Part shown: piece by piece, positions 23,861 through 38,440 of the stretch
Layout: the number at the start of each line of letters is the position of its first letter
How positions within the stretch are numbered: position 1 is the first letter of the stretch
Assembly: GCA_964016885.1 (NCBI GenBank)
Contig: OZ024748.1
Coordinates: 54,374,001-54,438,000 of the forward strand
Reading direction: 5' to 3'
From: Eledone cirrhosa
Lineage: Eukaryota
Length of the DNA stretch: 64,000 nucleotides
The notes under the pieces: model-generated
What the model saw: the letters and a program-made list of their open reading frames with translations, nothing else
Database searches by the model: none
What the model was told of the DNA's origin: nothing
Program-made: the position numbers and the translations under genes

Positions 23861-24735
23861 TTTTGTTGTTGTTTTTCCCATTTAATGAGTTATTGGTCAA
23901 ACTTGTCAATTTAATCAAATTAGCATGGACACACACATACATATACACACACCCATATACACATACACCCACACATGTATACTCCCATACAAATACATAT
24001 ACACACACATACACACAAATACACATGCATACATACACAAATAACATACAAATAACAATTGTATCAACAACAAGAAGAAAACCCAAATCACAGCAGCAGG
24101 GTCTAAACACATTCTATTTTTTTGCAAGATCTTTGTTAATTAAGTCACCATTATATTTTATTAAAATATTAATAAACCTATAAAGATAGGAAAGACTACA
24201 AACAAACCCTGCACACACATACATGCATATATACATGTACATGCATACATACATATATATATACATACATATATGTACACATACTCTAACACATACATAC
24301 ATACATATACATGCATGCAAATGCCTACATACATACATAGATACACATTCTCATACTTACATACATAGACACACATTCTAATACACACACACATACACAT
24401 ACAAAGAACCTTAACAACAACATTAATACAAATTATCAACCTTATTCACAACAATGTCATCAACAAGGGCAAAGATAATACTAACAATACTACCACTACT
24501 ACTAATAATAATAATAACAATAATGATACAATAATAACATTAACAACAGGCTACAACATTAACTAAATTAACTAATGTTTGTTGCAGTAAAACAACAACA
24601 ACAACAACAACAATATAATGAAAGATTCAAGGGAAAAATGTCTGTGACTAAAATATCTCTTTTTTATTATTTTATATCAATTTAGTATTTTTTAAATATA
24701 GGGAAATGAACCAAACATTTTCTAATTCATCAGTA

Positions 24736-25065
24736 TCATTATTATAATGATAATGATAATCCTCATTATCAGCATCATCAGCATCATCATCATCAGCAGC
24801 ATCATGCTGTCTACAGCAACACTATCAGCAACATCTCTACTATCACCAACATGATTATGACCTTCATCACCGTTATCATCACCATTATTACCATCAGTAT
24901 GATCATCATCAGCACCATCGTAATCACCATTGTCATTACAGCCATCACCACCACCACCACCATCACCATTATCATTACAGCCATCATCACTATCACCATC
25001 ACCATTATCACCATCAACACCATCACCATCAACACCATCACCATCAACACAACCATCATCATCAT
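24736..25065. repeat. Degenerate (CAT/CAC)n trinucleotide tract
   Basis: Visible low-complexity tract; explains the Ile/Thr- and Met/Val-rich ORFs. Confidence 0.9.
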
Positions 25066-25359
25066 AGTTGTTATTTGTTTATTATTTTCACTCATTATAT
25101 TTCTCAATGTTTATATTATTTATTTATTAATTATTATTTGTCCTATTCATATTCTAATCACGGTTTCCAACATCTTCCAAAGACTGGCATGGGGAGATCT
25201 TTATTTATTTACTTTTTATTGCTCTTCTTATTTCCACTGCTATTCTTTTCTTTGTTTGTTTCTTATTTAAGTTTGGCTGTCTGTCTGACTCTTCCAATCA
25301 ATTCATTGAGGTTAGTTGGATTGATCGCTTCCTCCTCTGACACATACATACACTATCTC

Positions 25360-25432
<73 letters not shown>

Positions 25433-25956
25433 TCCTCTCTCACTTTATTTCTATCTTTCTCTGTCTGTCTCTCTTTCTCTTACTTCATCCTTTTATTCCA
25501 TTCTCTTTTCCTGTATTTCTCTATCATTTTATCAACTCATCACCCCCACTCCCCCACACTCATAACCCCCACTCATCACCCACCTCTCACACACACAGTG
25601 AACTTCTGGTTTTGTTCATCTTGATAGCATCTCATCATGTTCCTTGCTTTAGTGGATCTATTGTTTTGCTATCATTCTACTTAATGACATCACCAAGTCC
25701 TTCTTCACTCTAATCCTGTTGTTTTCTCCACTTTTCTCTAATTGATGACATCATTGTGTCATTCGTATAGAACATCTATCATCTATCTATTAGAAACTTT
25801 CAGCTGTGACAATTCAGACAATTTTTTTTTCTTTTTGTCTATATTTTTTCAGACATAGTGTATCTCGGATTATATTACCTAATATGTCCTACCATTTTTT
25901 TCGTTTTAAACTCTTAACATCCCCTGGTAATTTAACAGAAAATATGAAAAAACGAG

Positions 25957-26249
25957 TTTGTTAATTCAAATGTTTATAATGTCTTTACATTGTGAAAAGT
26001 TTCAGCAAACTAAAGTAAAGACTTTAATTTTTAATGTGATGCAGTCAGTGTTTTTTTGTACTTTTCAAGAATATCTTGCTAATGCAGTTTCATCTATTTT
26101 GTTAATTCAAATGTTTATAGTACCTTTACTAGTAGACAGATCAATGTGAAAATTTGCAGCAAACTCAAGTAAAATTTCAATTTTTAATATGATGGTGTCA
26201 TAGTGTTATTTTGTAATTGTCAAGAATATTTTTTTAATGTTGTTTCATG
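25957..26249 (+). repeat. ~140-150-bp tandem duplication; a third copy lies at 39905-40041
   Basis: TTTGTTAATTCAAATGTTTATA...AACT(A/C)AAG...TTTAATGTGATG...GTTTCAT occurs three times; the 39905 copy lies just upstream of AAAGGG|TTAA (~40118-40127). Confidence 0.8.
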
Positions 26250-27192
26250 TGATAGATCATGTCAATATTTAAGACAGTATATTGTGAATAGAAAGAGGTT
26301 TACTTACTATATCTAACATGTTAAACAATGAGTTATAGTCCACTGGTATCTCTACAACTTTGGTTAGTTAAACCTTACCCTTTTCTGGATTTTTTTTTCT
26401 CCTATTTGTAGTCAATATAAACATTGGCTGCTGAAGGCCAACAACCCCATACAGTAGACTGTTCCATTCAGTTATCTAACTAGTTAGCAATCAGGAAGGT
26501 TGGTCCATTTTAAGGAAGTGCCTAATGTGGTCTCCTTACATGAGTCCTTAGTCATATCATGGGTTCTAATTTCACAGCAATGTTATTTCTCTAAGGAAAT
26601 GTAGTGGAGAGTCTTGTCTTGATGGTTAACTCAGCCTAATCAATTATATATATTATTATCACTTAATATTGGCAGGTGGGGGTGCATTCCTTGCTATGTA
26701 TATATATATTCAATGACATCCAGATCCCTATTTCTTTATTAGGTTTGTATGTCTTGAAGGGTTTAGCTGCTTAATAACACCATCAGTCTTCTCCTTTCCC
26801 CTCCTCCCTTTCAATAAATTAGAGATATAAATAAAAGAATTTAAAGAAAAAAAATCAAGCAAATGATCTTTAGCTGAGCTGGTGAATAAAGTATGTTTGA
26901 AAAGCTGAAGAGTGGTGATGGTTTGGTAGGTGTATATTAACTGGGTATTGCTTTCCATTTATATATATATAAATATATTTTAAGTCCAACCCTCGCTAGC
27001 AGGGAAAGCGGACGTTAAATAATGTTGATGATGATGATGCTATTCAATGGAAACTCTAACATCGATTAAAATTAATGTGGAAATGTGTGTGTTGGGGGTG
27101 ATTAGAGCATATTTATTACATACATATATATATGCATCATCATCATCTTCATCATTATTTCATGTCCGTTTTCCCTGGTAGCAAGATTTTGA

Positions 27193-27225
<33 letters not shown>

Positions 27226-27355
27226 TGACTATTTGAAGGTCCTGCAACTTAATAGCATCAATTAAAAGCCTAAATAAGAATATATTATATACTTCTCTTT
27301 CTCTCTCTCACTCTCTTTCTTTCTTTTCTTCACTCTCTCTCTCTCTCTCTCTCAG

Positions 27356-27361
27356 AATAAG
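27356..27361 (+). CDS. Candidate 6-nt microexon AATAAG
   Basis: ~60-nt pyrimidine tract, CAG acceptor, then AAG|GTGAGT consensus donor; frame-preserving. Confidence 0.45.
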
Positions 27362-30300
27362 GTGAGTAGGGGAGTAATGCAGTGGAAAGAGGGTTAGTGG
27401 GGGGGTGGTGCTGGCTCAAAAATGGTGCGGGAGCATGCAATGGAGACGCAGCTGTGCAACATCGTTGGCAGAGAGTGCAGCAAAGAGTGGTACATGAGTG
27501 AGTAGGTCGGTGAAGAGACCATAAGACAACTACAGCCACTGCCACTGCATCCCCACCACTCATTCTACAAAATATCCTTCTCCACCACCATCATCATCAT
27601 CATCATCATCATCATCACCACCACCACCATCTCAACATCCATTCTTCATGTCCTTCACCATGACCACCACCACCACCACCATCGTCATCATCACCATCAC
27701 CTCAAAACACTCATTCTTCAATGTTTCCTCTTCTGTCCATCTATCCTCACCATTCTCTGCTGCTACCGCCACCACCATTTTTAATACCCCCTTCCCTGCT
27801 CCTCAGTCATCATCCCACTACCACCACCACTTATCCTTCTTTCACCTCCACCAACACCTCAATACCATTCTTCACTGCCCCTACCTCTGTCCATCCATCC
27901 ATCTACACCCCCACTCTTCTATAATTCCCTACCATCACCACCACCTCCACTAAACCCTTCCCTCCTTGCTACCCATTAATCAATGCATGGTTTGTTAATT
28001 ACCTTGCTACAATTTTACAATTAAGGAAATGACTTTTTTCTTGTTGTTGCTATTGCTGCTGCTGTTACTACCACTGTTGTTGTTGATCATGTTGGTATTG
28101 CTATTTTTAGTTTTTTTTTTATAGTTTATATTTTTAATTTTATTTTAATCCTTAACTTTCTATTTTTTATTTTAGTTTTTTATTTTTTTTTTTTCCTTGA
28201 TTTAGAAATTGTGTTTTTCTTGGCTATTTTATAAATTTTCTTTAAAATATTTACCTTATTTTTATTTTCATTTTACTTTCACATCTCTCTCTTTCTCTCT
28301 TTCTTTCTCTCTCATTCTTTCTCAATTTATGATTTAACTTTTCTCTCTTATATAGTCTTTCTTTCTTGCCTCACTCTCTTCCTCATTCTCTCTCCCTATC
28401 TCTCTCTATATATGTATATATACATCTGTTTCTCTCTCACCAGACCCTTTCATTCATCCAGTCTTCCTTATACATCTCTCCCCAGTTCCCTCTTATCTTC
28501 TTGGCAATCCTCTTCCTTCTCCTCTTTGCTCTGTCTCATTTCCAATTAACTTTTCCTTCTGTCTTTATTATTATCATTATTATTATTATTATTTTGCTTC
28601 TATTTTATTTATTTTTAGCAAGCAAACCTCGTGTTTTTTTGCTTGCATTCATGTTGTTTTCTATGAAGATTCCCTTCTGTATTAATGTATGTATATTTGA
28701 GCAAGTATATATATATATATATATATATATCTGTGGATGAAGTTCTTTATTCACCATTTGGTATGTATTTGTTTTTGCCTGTTCCTCTATCTATTTCCTG
28801 TTCTTGTGTGTGTGTTGGTGTATATAGATTTGTGAGTATATGAATTCTCTTCTGTTAATCTGTTTCTGTTCCCCCAAAGAACAAACACACTCATACATAT
28901 ATTTAATCAAATTTATATATATACATACAGGCTTATATATATATATATGTATATACACACATCACACACAATTACATTGGTTTTTACACTCCATAGACAC
29001 AGGCACATGTATATGAGTGACTACACACTCATACAGAAGTCGAAATTCTATTCTTTATCCTTGGGAGAAATTAACTTCTGCGTGTTAAGGGGTCGATCTT
29101 TCACGTTTCGAAGCCTGGTCGTGTAATTTGTAATTCACTGATGCAAACCACTGGTCTAGAAAACTAATTTAGGCCTTTATGAGAGGTGTGGTGGTGGTGA
29201 TGGAAGGGGTATGAAGGTGTGGTGGGCTAGGGTGTGGAATGTCTTGAATACACCATCAATGCTGCAACTTCTATACAAACCATTACTCCCCCTTACCTCC
29301 CCCCTCGTACACACACACACCTGCTTCTTCTGTCAACACTACCACATACGTATAGATACAATATGCACACATATATGGATGCACATAGGACACATATGCA
29401 TTATTGCTTCTTCCACCACCACCATCATCAATACTACTATTACCACCATTTACATTATTATCACTTGCTACTATCAGCAACATCATCACCCCCACCATCC
29501 CCATACATATGCACAATATCATGATGATCAATGCTGTTGACCACTATAACCATCAACACTACCATTACTATCAATCCATACACACACAGATCGCCTCTAA
29601 ACCTTCTCAACCCCAGCCCAACATAGCTAATTGGCTCGAGGTCTTGCCACTATTATACATCAACTAATTAACACCATGGCCCTTACCAATTCACAGTGAG
29701 GCTCTTGCAGTTTTGTGTGTATTTGCTGCACTATCAGCATTGCACCCTCACTCTCTGAAACATCACTCTTTCTACCCACCTTCCCATCCCTTTATCATAG
29801 CAACACCCATTCACTTGCAGCACACTCATTCACATTCACCCATCTGGACTGTCTCTTGTTCTCTCTCTCTCTCTCTCTCTCATTCTCTCTTTCTCTCTCT
29901 CTCTCTCACTCACTTTCTCTCTCACTCTCTTTCTCGTTCTCTCTCTTTCCTCTATCTTTCTCTCTTTCGTTTTCTCTCTCTCTCTCCTCTTGGCATCGCC
30001 TCATTGAACACTGGGAGAACTTTGTGTTCGCTGTGTTGACAAGACGAGAACAAAACTGCTACAAGACCTCTCCCCAACCCCTTCTCTTAAAAAAAAAGCG
30101 ATGTCTGTCATACCAATTTTATCCATACCATACCATACCATTCTATACCATACCATACCATATTGTAACTATTATACCATACTGTTGTTATATCATACCA
30201 TCATATATTGATATTCTAACAATGAAGAAGCCATATGATTGCATGGTGGGAAACTGGATATGGTATTAGACAAGTATCTGCTCAAATCTGCTGCAAGCAT

Positions 30301-30622
30301 TTTCTTGTTTAACCCCCAGGTCAGCTCTAATGGTGCAAACCTATAATAAAATGTGCTCCTGCTGTTACCATCCTGTGTTTTTCTATACTACATTGGCCCT
30401 TTACATTTTATGATGGTATGGTGGGATTGAAAGGGTATTTTTTTGTTATTTCTAGCAGATCAAGTTGCCAGGGAAAAGCTCCCTCGCAGGCTTGGCAAGA
30501 ATTATATTGAATATTTAGGGAACATGCTTTATCCAATGGTGTCTGTTTAGCCAGATGTCAGGAATTTGCACTAGATTGGTTGTGTATGCTCTTTCCAGTA
30601 AACGACCATACTGTAGCAGCTC

Positions 30623-30683
30623 ACAGTGAGGCTCTTGCAGTTGTATGTGTTTGCTGCACTATTAGCTGCAAGAGCCTCACTGT
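30623..30683. other. 61-nt hairpin, pre-miRNA sized
   Basis: ACAGTGAGGCTCTTGCAG / CTGCAAGAGCCTCACTGT is a perfect 18-bp stem, extendable by G-U pairs. Confidence 0.8.
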
Positions 30684-30963
30684 ATTAATACAGTATCATA
30701 TTATACAGAATACTGTCTGTCCTATCTTGTAATAACACTATATATCAGACTACTATCATACCACTGTACTCTCTGCCACTAAATCTGTTGAAATTGCTGA
30801 GATTAATCTTTTGTGGTTTGATTCTTTATAGCACTTTACTGGTCAATTTTTGTTGTTGTTTTAGAGAAAGAAATGTTTGTGCATGTGAGTATGTGAATAT
30901 ATACTGGACACATAATTTACACATCAATATAGTACTCTACATTGTCATAGATACTTTCTCTTT

Positions 30964-31006
<43 letters not shown>

Positions 31007-31517
31007 CATATACTAACAACACTTAATCACAAGTTGTGCATTTGCAAAACCACATGTTTCTCTCCCAGAGGATGCATCACATGTCTATACATATACACAC
31101 ATGCATACAGATACACCAACACTTACATCATAAATATAACACCACACACACACGTACACGTACATGTAATGTACACATAACTGTAAAACACACACATTTG
31201 AAAATAATGCAAACCAAAAACACGGTACAAACAGCTGCTGTTATGTAGAAAACAAACAAAAGTCATAACAACAATAACTGTAAGACAAAACAATAGAGGC
31301 CAACATAGATAACCATTTTGATAAGCTTCTAGTGTTACTCTTTACTGTTGCTGCCCTTGTTGTTGTTGTTAATATTTACATAAGATCTGCTGTTGTCCAA
31401 GCAAATACTAAACCTTCACCCTGCATATGCCGCCATACTACATCTACCTATTTATCTGTCTGTCTATCTGTCTACACATCTACCCAGCTATCTCTTTATC
31501 TATCTACCTACCTATAA

Positions 31518-31575
<58 letters not shown>

Positions 31576-32293
31576 GTCTGACTACTTATCTATTTATCTG
31601 TGTCTATTTATCAATCTATCTGTGTATCTAATCGGCTGTCTAATTATCATTCCGTACATATCAATTCATCTATCTAATCACATGTGGAGGTAGGTTTGAG
31701 CAAGAAACAGACACTGAGAGGAAATATACTAACTATAAGGAAGACTGATGAGGGTGAGAAAAGTAAAGAGGGAAGGAAATTGTATGTTTGTGTGTGTGTG
31801 TGAATAGGAGAGAGAGGGGGAGAGAGAGACAGTTATCTAAGATGTAAAATGATGTGGTGTTGATGTCAGTGAGCAATGACCAGATAGGAAAGGTGTTAGA
31901 AATTGTTTCAGCTTACCAGGTATTTCCTGACTGATTATAACAGAAACACTGTTGGCAGTAAAGGAACTACCACATAATGCTTGGCAGACATTGCAAATCT
32001 CGTCACAAGATTTTATCTCTTCCACCAATCTTGGACACTATCCAAACAACCACCACCACTTTCTTTATTTCTTTCCTTGTTTCTTTTTTTGTATTCTATC
32101 ATCTTATTTGTTGTTTTGTTTTGCTTTTCCTAGTCTGTTTCTTAAGTCTAAGCAATTTTTTTTCTTCTTTTTTTAAACTTTCCACAACTACTTCCTCCTT
32201 TTACATCATTGTCATCTCATCATCATCATTATCTCATCATCGTTGTCATCTCATCATCGTTGTCATCTCATCATCACTGTCATCTCATTTTTG

Positions 32294-32353
<60 letters not shown>

Positions 32354-33729
32354 CTCCAATCATTAGAACATCCAAGAAACCTCTCTCGAGATACAACCTC
32401 ATAGGAGTTCAGCTTAGCCTGTATGGATGTGAGCTGTATCATCATCATCATCATCATCATCATCGTTTAACCTCCATTTTCCACATAGTAGAGGGTTGTG
32501 TTTGATGGTGGTGTATGTGAATACTACTGGTAGAATATTGATGATGGTGGTGATGATGATGAAAGAATGCAATAGTTTTTCTTCCCACCATACCAGTAAT
32601 AATTTGGGATTGAAAGTAATCAACCCTAAAAGATGATGTATGACCAATGACCTCCCGCCCCCTCAAAAAGAATCAATACTTCCTCAAGAATTGTGAAATA
32701 AATGCCAGTTGAACTGTAAACAGAGCCCCCCTCCCCCTCCTCCATTGAATGATATCGCTGTCTTTCTCTCTGTTTTTCCCAAGAGTATCATGGGAAGTCA
32801 TGTTTCCTCCCTTGAAATAGTAGAGGGCAGCATTTGTGGGAAGGAATGGGAATACATACTGATGGTGGTGTATGTTGATGTGAATAATACTGGTGGACTA
32901 TTGATGATGGTTGTGGTGATGATGATGATTGGATTATGATGGTGATATGATGTGTTGATAATGATGATCATGGTGATATGATGTGATTATAATGGTGGTT
33001 ATGATAATGAGGGTGATATGATGTTGTGATGATGGTGATGTGATTATAATGGTGATGATGGTGGTTGTGATGATTGTGATGGTGATGATGGTGATTGTGA
33101 AGATTCACCCCCCACCCCCTACTTTCCTTCTGTTTACATTTAGAACTTTTTATAACTCTTTTTCTAATTTCTTTGTGCTTTCTCAACAGAGGAAGCAAAA
33201 ATATAAAATATGTGTGGGTGAGTATATATGCACATGTATATGTATGTGTGCACCTATATACACACACACACACACACATGTACATACACACCACATACCC
33301 ACACATTTTATTACGCTTTTGTTCTGTCTTTAACTACACTGTTAATCTCAACTGTCTGGGAATTATCTCCAAATTCCTCTAAGAATACCACCACTACTAC
33401 TAATAATAATAATAACAATAATGATGAGGAGAAGAAGGTAAACCTTCCTTCCCTATCACCTTCCTAGCTCTATATAGTCTTCTTTTCTTCTATCTTTCCT
33501 CTCTTTCATTTATCTTTCGGCATCAATCACCAATTAACTCTAATTACATTTTTTTTTACTAAGAGCTCAAGGTATTATTAGTTTTTATCATGCCAGTTGC
33601 TCTTTGTGTAGTTTCATAGTCTCTCATTTTGAACCAATCTTACTAATCTCTTACTATTTGCTGTTTTGGCTTTTGCAAATCCTATTAGTAGTAACTGTGT
33701 GTATGCATGTGTGTACACGCTTGTATTGA

Positions 33730-33765
<36 letters not shown>

Positions 33766-34171
33766 AATGTTTAGCATGTGTCTGTGTATATGTATGTATG
33801 CGTGTGTCTGTGTGTGTATATATATATGTATGTATATGAATGTTTTACATGTGTGTTTACATGTCTCTACACACTTGTCTCTGAGTGTGTATACATGACT
33901 GTACAAACTTGTAGTGATTTCTCTGTACATATATATGAATGTTTTGCATGTGTGTGTGTGTGTGTATATATGTGTGTGTGTGTGTGTCAATGTTTTACAT
34001 GTGTGTTTACATGTTTCTACACACTTGTGTCTGTATATATGAATATGTTCTACATGTGTCTCTGCTGTTTCCTTTCTAATTTTTTTTCTTTCATTTTTCT
34101 TTCATTGTAGTTAAACTGTGTCAAATGTGTTGGACACCCTTAAATCTAATCATTTATATCTGTATCTCAGG

Positions 34172-34262
<91 letters not shown>

Positions 34263-35820
34263 TAACCAATGCTGGCATGGAAAAATGGATGTATGATGTT
34301 CAAGATTATTTCAGATCTACTAGAGTTCTTATATAACCATTTCTAGTCAACAAGCTGGCATATATAAACTAATGCATACATAATTTCTTAATTATGGTCT
34401 GATAAAATTAGAAAAGGGCTCTGTTAAAATTTGGGAAATATTTATTATTTATTTGTTCATTTAATTATTTCAATAAGCTTTTAGATTGGTGTTTCTCAAG
34501 ATATGGCACATGCCTCACTGGTGGAGACTGGCAATATTTTGGTACATTTCTTTATCGATGTTGAAAGGAGGAAAGGCAAAGTAAACCTTGGCAGGTTTTG
34601 GACCCACAGGGTTAGAAGGAATATCATATCATATGTTTGATCCAACATTCTAACACATCTTCCAATTTATCACCTTCATCATCATCATCATCATCATTTG
34701 ACATTTTATTTTTCCATGCTTGCATGGGTTAGACAAGTTATCCATATTTTAAGACAAATTTCACCAGCTGGCCCTGCCGTACCTTACTCATTTGGAACTG
34801 TATTTTGGCAGGGTTTTTTATAGCTGGATTTCCTAACACCAACCATAAGTAAATTATATAAACACTTAAAAAACCACATCAGATGTGTTAACATCGTCAA
34901 CAGGTTTCTGGTGACCTCAAGCTAAACAAGAAAGAATAGAAGTGTTTGTGTTCAAAGTTACACACTACATATATCTTTAATATATCATCTCTCTCTCTCT
35001 CTCTACATTCTTATTATATAATCTTTCAATCTATAACATACAGCAACACAATCTTTCTGCTAGCCCCCTACCTCCAAATCACTGTGGGTTGATTTCACTA
35101 TCATGTCCCTATAACACTTACACCTGTCTCTACTCTGACTACTGCTGCTGCTGCTAATACTGCTACTACTACTACTACTACTATTATTACCTCATGCTGG
35201 TATGATTGAGATTTTGATCTACTCATTGATTGCCATCTATGTCTGTCAACACACACACGTGTATGTGTGAGTATATATACACATACACACATATGTGTAT
35301 ATATTTTTGTCTGTGAGTATATAAATGTAGGCGTGTGTGTATAATTATACAATTTTTATTACATAATTATAAACACTTTTCATCATGCAGCAACTTATAT
35401 TGGCTCATTCAGACCCCTAGCAATGAAACATTCACTCTGACATCACCCCCTCCCCCCCCCCCCACACACACACACACCATGTGTGTATATCATCATCATT
35501 CGATAAAATAAAGTACCAGTAATGCACTGGATAATTGCTGGCCTTGTGCCTAAAGTAGAAACAATTATTTAATGGCCATCCATACTGGTAATACTTCATT
35601 GGAGCTAGTGACTCTGCAGGGGGACCCCTGCATCTTGCTTACATCCATTCCAGCACCTTACAGAGTGTACTTGGAGCATTTTCTCATGGCAATAGTATTA
35701 GGCATGTTGTTCTACCCTTGGCACAATTGCAGAGTTCAACCCTGTGTTTGGCTGAGTGCCCTTTGTATCATTAACCAGTTATGTATGTATGTTTTTTCTG
35801 TGTGTATATATATATATATG

Positions 35821-36149
35821 GAGGCACATGGCTTAGTGGTTAGAGCATTGGCCTTGCAATCGAAAGGTTGTGAGTTCAATTCTCAGACTGGGTGATGTGT
35901 TGTTTCCTTGAGCAAGACACTTTATTTCACATTGCTCCAGTTTACTCAGCTGTAGAAATGAGATGATAGGGACCCCAGTCCCTATCATTCCACTGCAAAG
36001 TGGTCGTGGAGGTGCCACGGCAAAAAAGCACCCAGCACTCACTGTAAATGAGGTTGGTGTTAGGAAGGGCAACCAGCTGTAGAAATCAAGCCAGAATCAG
36101 TTCCCATCCCACCCTTGCAAGCAGGGAAAAGCGGACGTAAAATGAAATG

Positions 36150-36152
<3 letters not shown>
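35821..36152 (+). mobile_element. Tripartite SINE: tRNA head, Meta-like core, RTE-derived 3' tail
   Basis: A box TGGCTTAGTGG; B box GAGTTCAATTC; core TTCCTTGAGCAAGACACTTTATTTCACATTGCTCCAG; tail GGTTGGTGTTAGGAAGGGCA.CCAGC.GTAGAAA...GGACGTAAAATGA matches the RTE 3' end at 19375-19510. Confidence 0.85.
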
Positions 36153-36188
<36 letters not shown>

Positions 36189-36865
36189 ATAAATTCAAAA
36201 ATTAAGTGAAATTAAAAACGCTGGTGTGCATGTGTAATAATAATAATAATGTCTGTATGATATTATGTGCAGTGTTGGAGGGAGGGTGGCTGAAGACTTC
36301 TGAGATTTGAAATCTGTCAAATCTAAAGTATATTGCCCTTTAACTCTTCATGGTTTTCTAAGCAATGATGATCCAGTCTTATGCTATTGCCATGCACTCC
36401 TTGTTCTATATTGTCCATAATTACACTCCAGAGCCTAACAAGTGACTCATTTGCCTCTACAACAGACACTGTTAGCTTTTCGTTTGTTTTATTTAGGGGT
36501 GTTTGGGGGGTTTTTTTGTTTTGTTTTTTTTCAATGAAATTTTATTCTCTCTATTTTATTTCATTTTCTTTTAAAATATTATTTTCTATTATTATTTTAT
36601 TTTATTAAATTTAAAATTTTTCTTTTTTCTTTTTTCAACATTTTGAGTTAATAATTCCTACAGGATGTTGAGAAGATGACGAAGTGGGTGATTGGTTGGT
36701 TGTGTGTGGGAGAAGCTGAACTGAAGATGAGGTTGAAGCATAAGGGAGAGACGGGGTGGATTAAGGAAAGGGCTAAAAACAAATGACCTGCGTTTTATAA
36801 AAAATATAATAATTAATCAAAAGAAAATCAAGAAAAATAGAATAGGGAACAAAACATATATATAA

Positions 36866-36898
<33 letters not shown>

Positions 36899-37600
36899 TA
36901 TAAAATATAAGAAAAAATATATAATGTATGAATTTAAATTACTCACTTATTTCTTAAACTGTTAATTCCTATGGCTAATTCCACTTTGGTCTGTCTCTCT
37001 CACTTTGTGTATCTCTTGTCTTTCATTCTCATTTTATGTAACTATCAAATCTCTCTCTCTCTCTCAAAGCCATCTATATATATATATCAAAGCTATCTAT
37101 TTATATCTATCTATCTATGAAATCTCTATCTATCTCTCTATCTACATATCTCTTTCTACTACCAAATCATTACAGACCGAATTTCTCTAACCCCCCATCT
37201 CCCTAATAATAGCCTGGAAATATATTTTAATGAAGGATATTAATAATAAAAATTGTGTAAACATGAAATATAAATACATATATAAATGTATCATTTTCTG
37301 ATTTAAACATCATTATATCAAATTTCTTTGGAAACCCTCTTCTGTTTCAAATTCATGTTTCTGCATCTGCATATGATTCTGTGTGGGGTGTGTATATGTA
37401 TGAATACATGTGTGTATGTGTGTGTGACAAGTGGAGAGATGCTGTGCTGAATAGGACCCGTCCCTCCCTTGCAAGCAGGGAAAAGCGGACGTAAAATGAT
37501 GATTATATATATAAATATTTGCTCTACGGTTCTTATATATTTGATATATATTTATCCTTATCGGCCGTCTTTGGATTTTAGTCTTCAAATTTATTATTAT

Positions 37601-37639
<39 letters not shown>

Positions 37640-37743
37640 CATATATACACATATTGAAATACATAGCAGAAATAGAATTTGAAGCTGAATGAAGTTTAAA
37701 ATATCAGGAAGTAAAACATTGCCTCAAAACGTCCCATCCAACC

Positions 37744-37932
<189 letters not shown>

Positions 37933-38440
37933 TTATGTTTATATAGGTTCCCATTTGTGAAACTTTCAATACAAATATTTAATCTGCACAACATTTGTTC
38001 ACTGCTTTTTGCTTTTGGTTGTGTATATGTGTGTGTGTATGTATATGTATATATATATATATAACCCTGAGCAAGATAGTTGGATAACATGAGTTCAGCT
38101 GGTCTCACTTGGAGATTTAGCTGGATCAATTGGAGACAGTTGCTTTTGGCAGGACCTGCTGGGAGGTATGCTTGAGATTTTGCCCCCAATGATCCTCCTA
38201 TGAATAAGTGGGCAAGGAAGATATATATCATCACCATCACTGTTTAACATCCATTTTTCTGTTGTCCCATTATGAGATAAGCCAGATCAGATGACCATGT
38301 TTTGTTCTAGCAGAACTGATTTTGGTTTCTATGACTGGATGCCCTTCCTAACACCAACCATATGTATATATATATATATATATATATTTTGTGTTCTTTT
38401 TTTTGCCACTTATTGTGTCTGAAAACTAGTGAAGAGCTCT

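Noticed and set aside
24811-25713. Long hydrophobic ORFs resembling membrane proteins
   Set aside because: Derived from CAT/CAC and CT/TA low-complexity tracts; no splice or compositional support
35821-35895. tRNA gene
   Set aside because: A and B boxes are present but there is no cloverleaf, and the sequence continues into a SINE core
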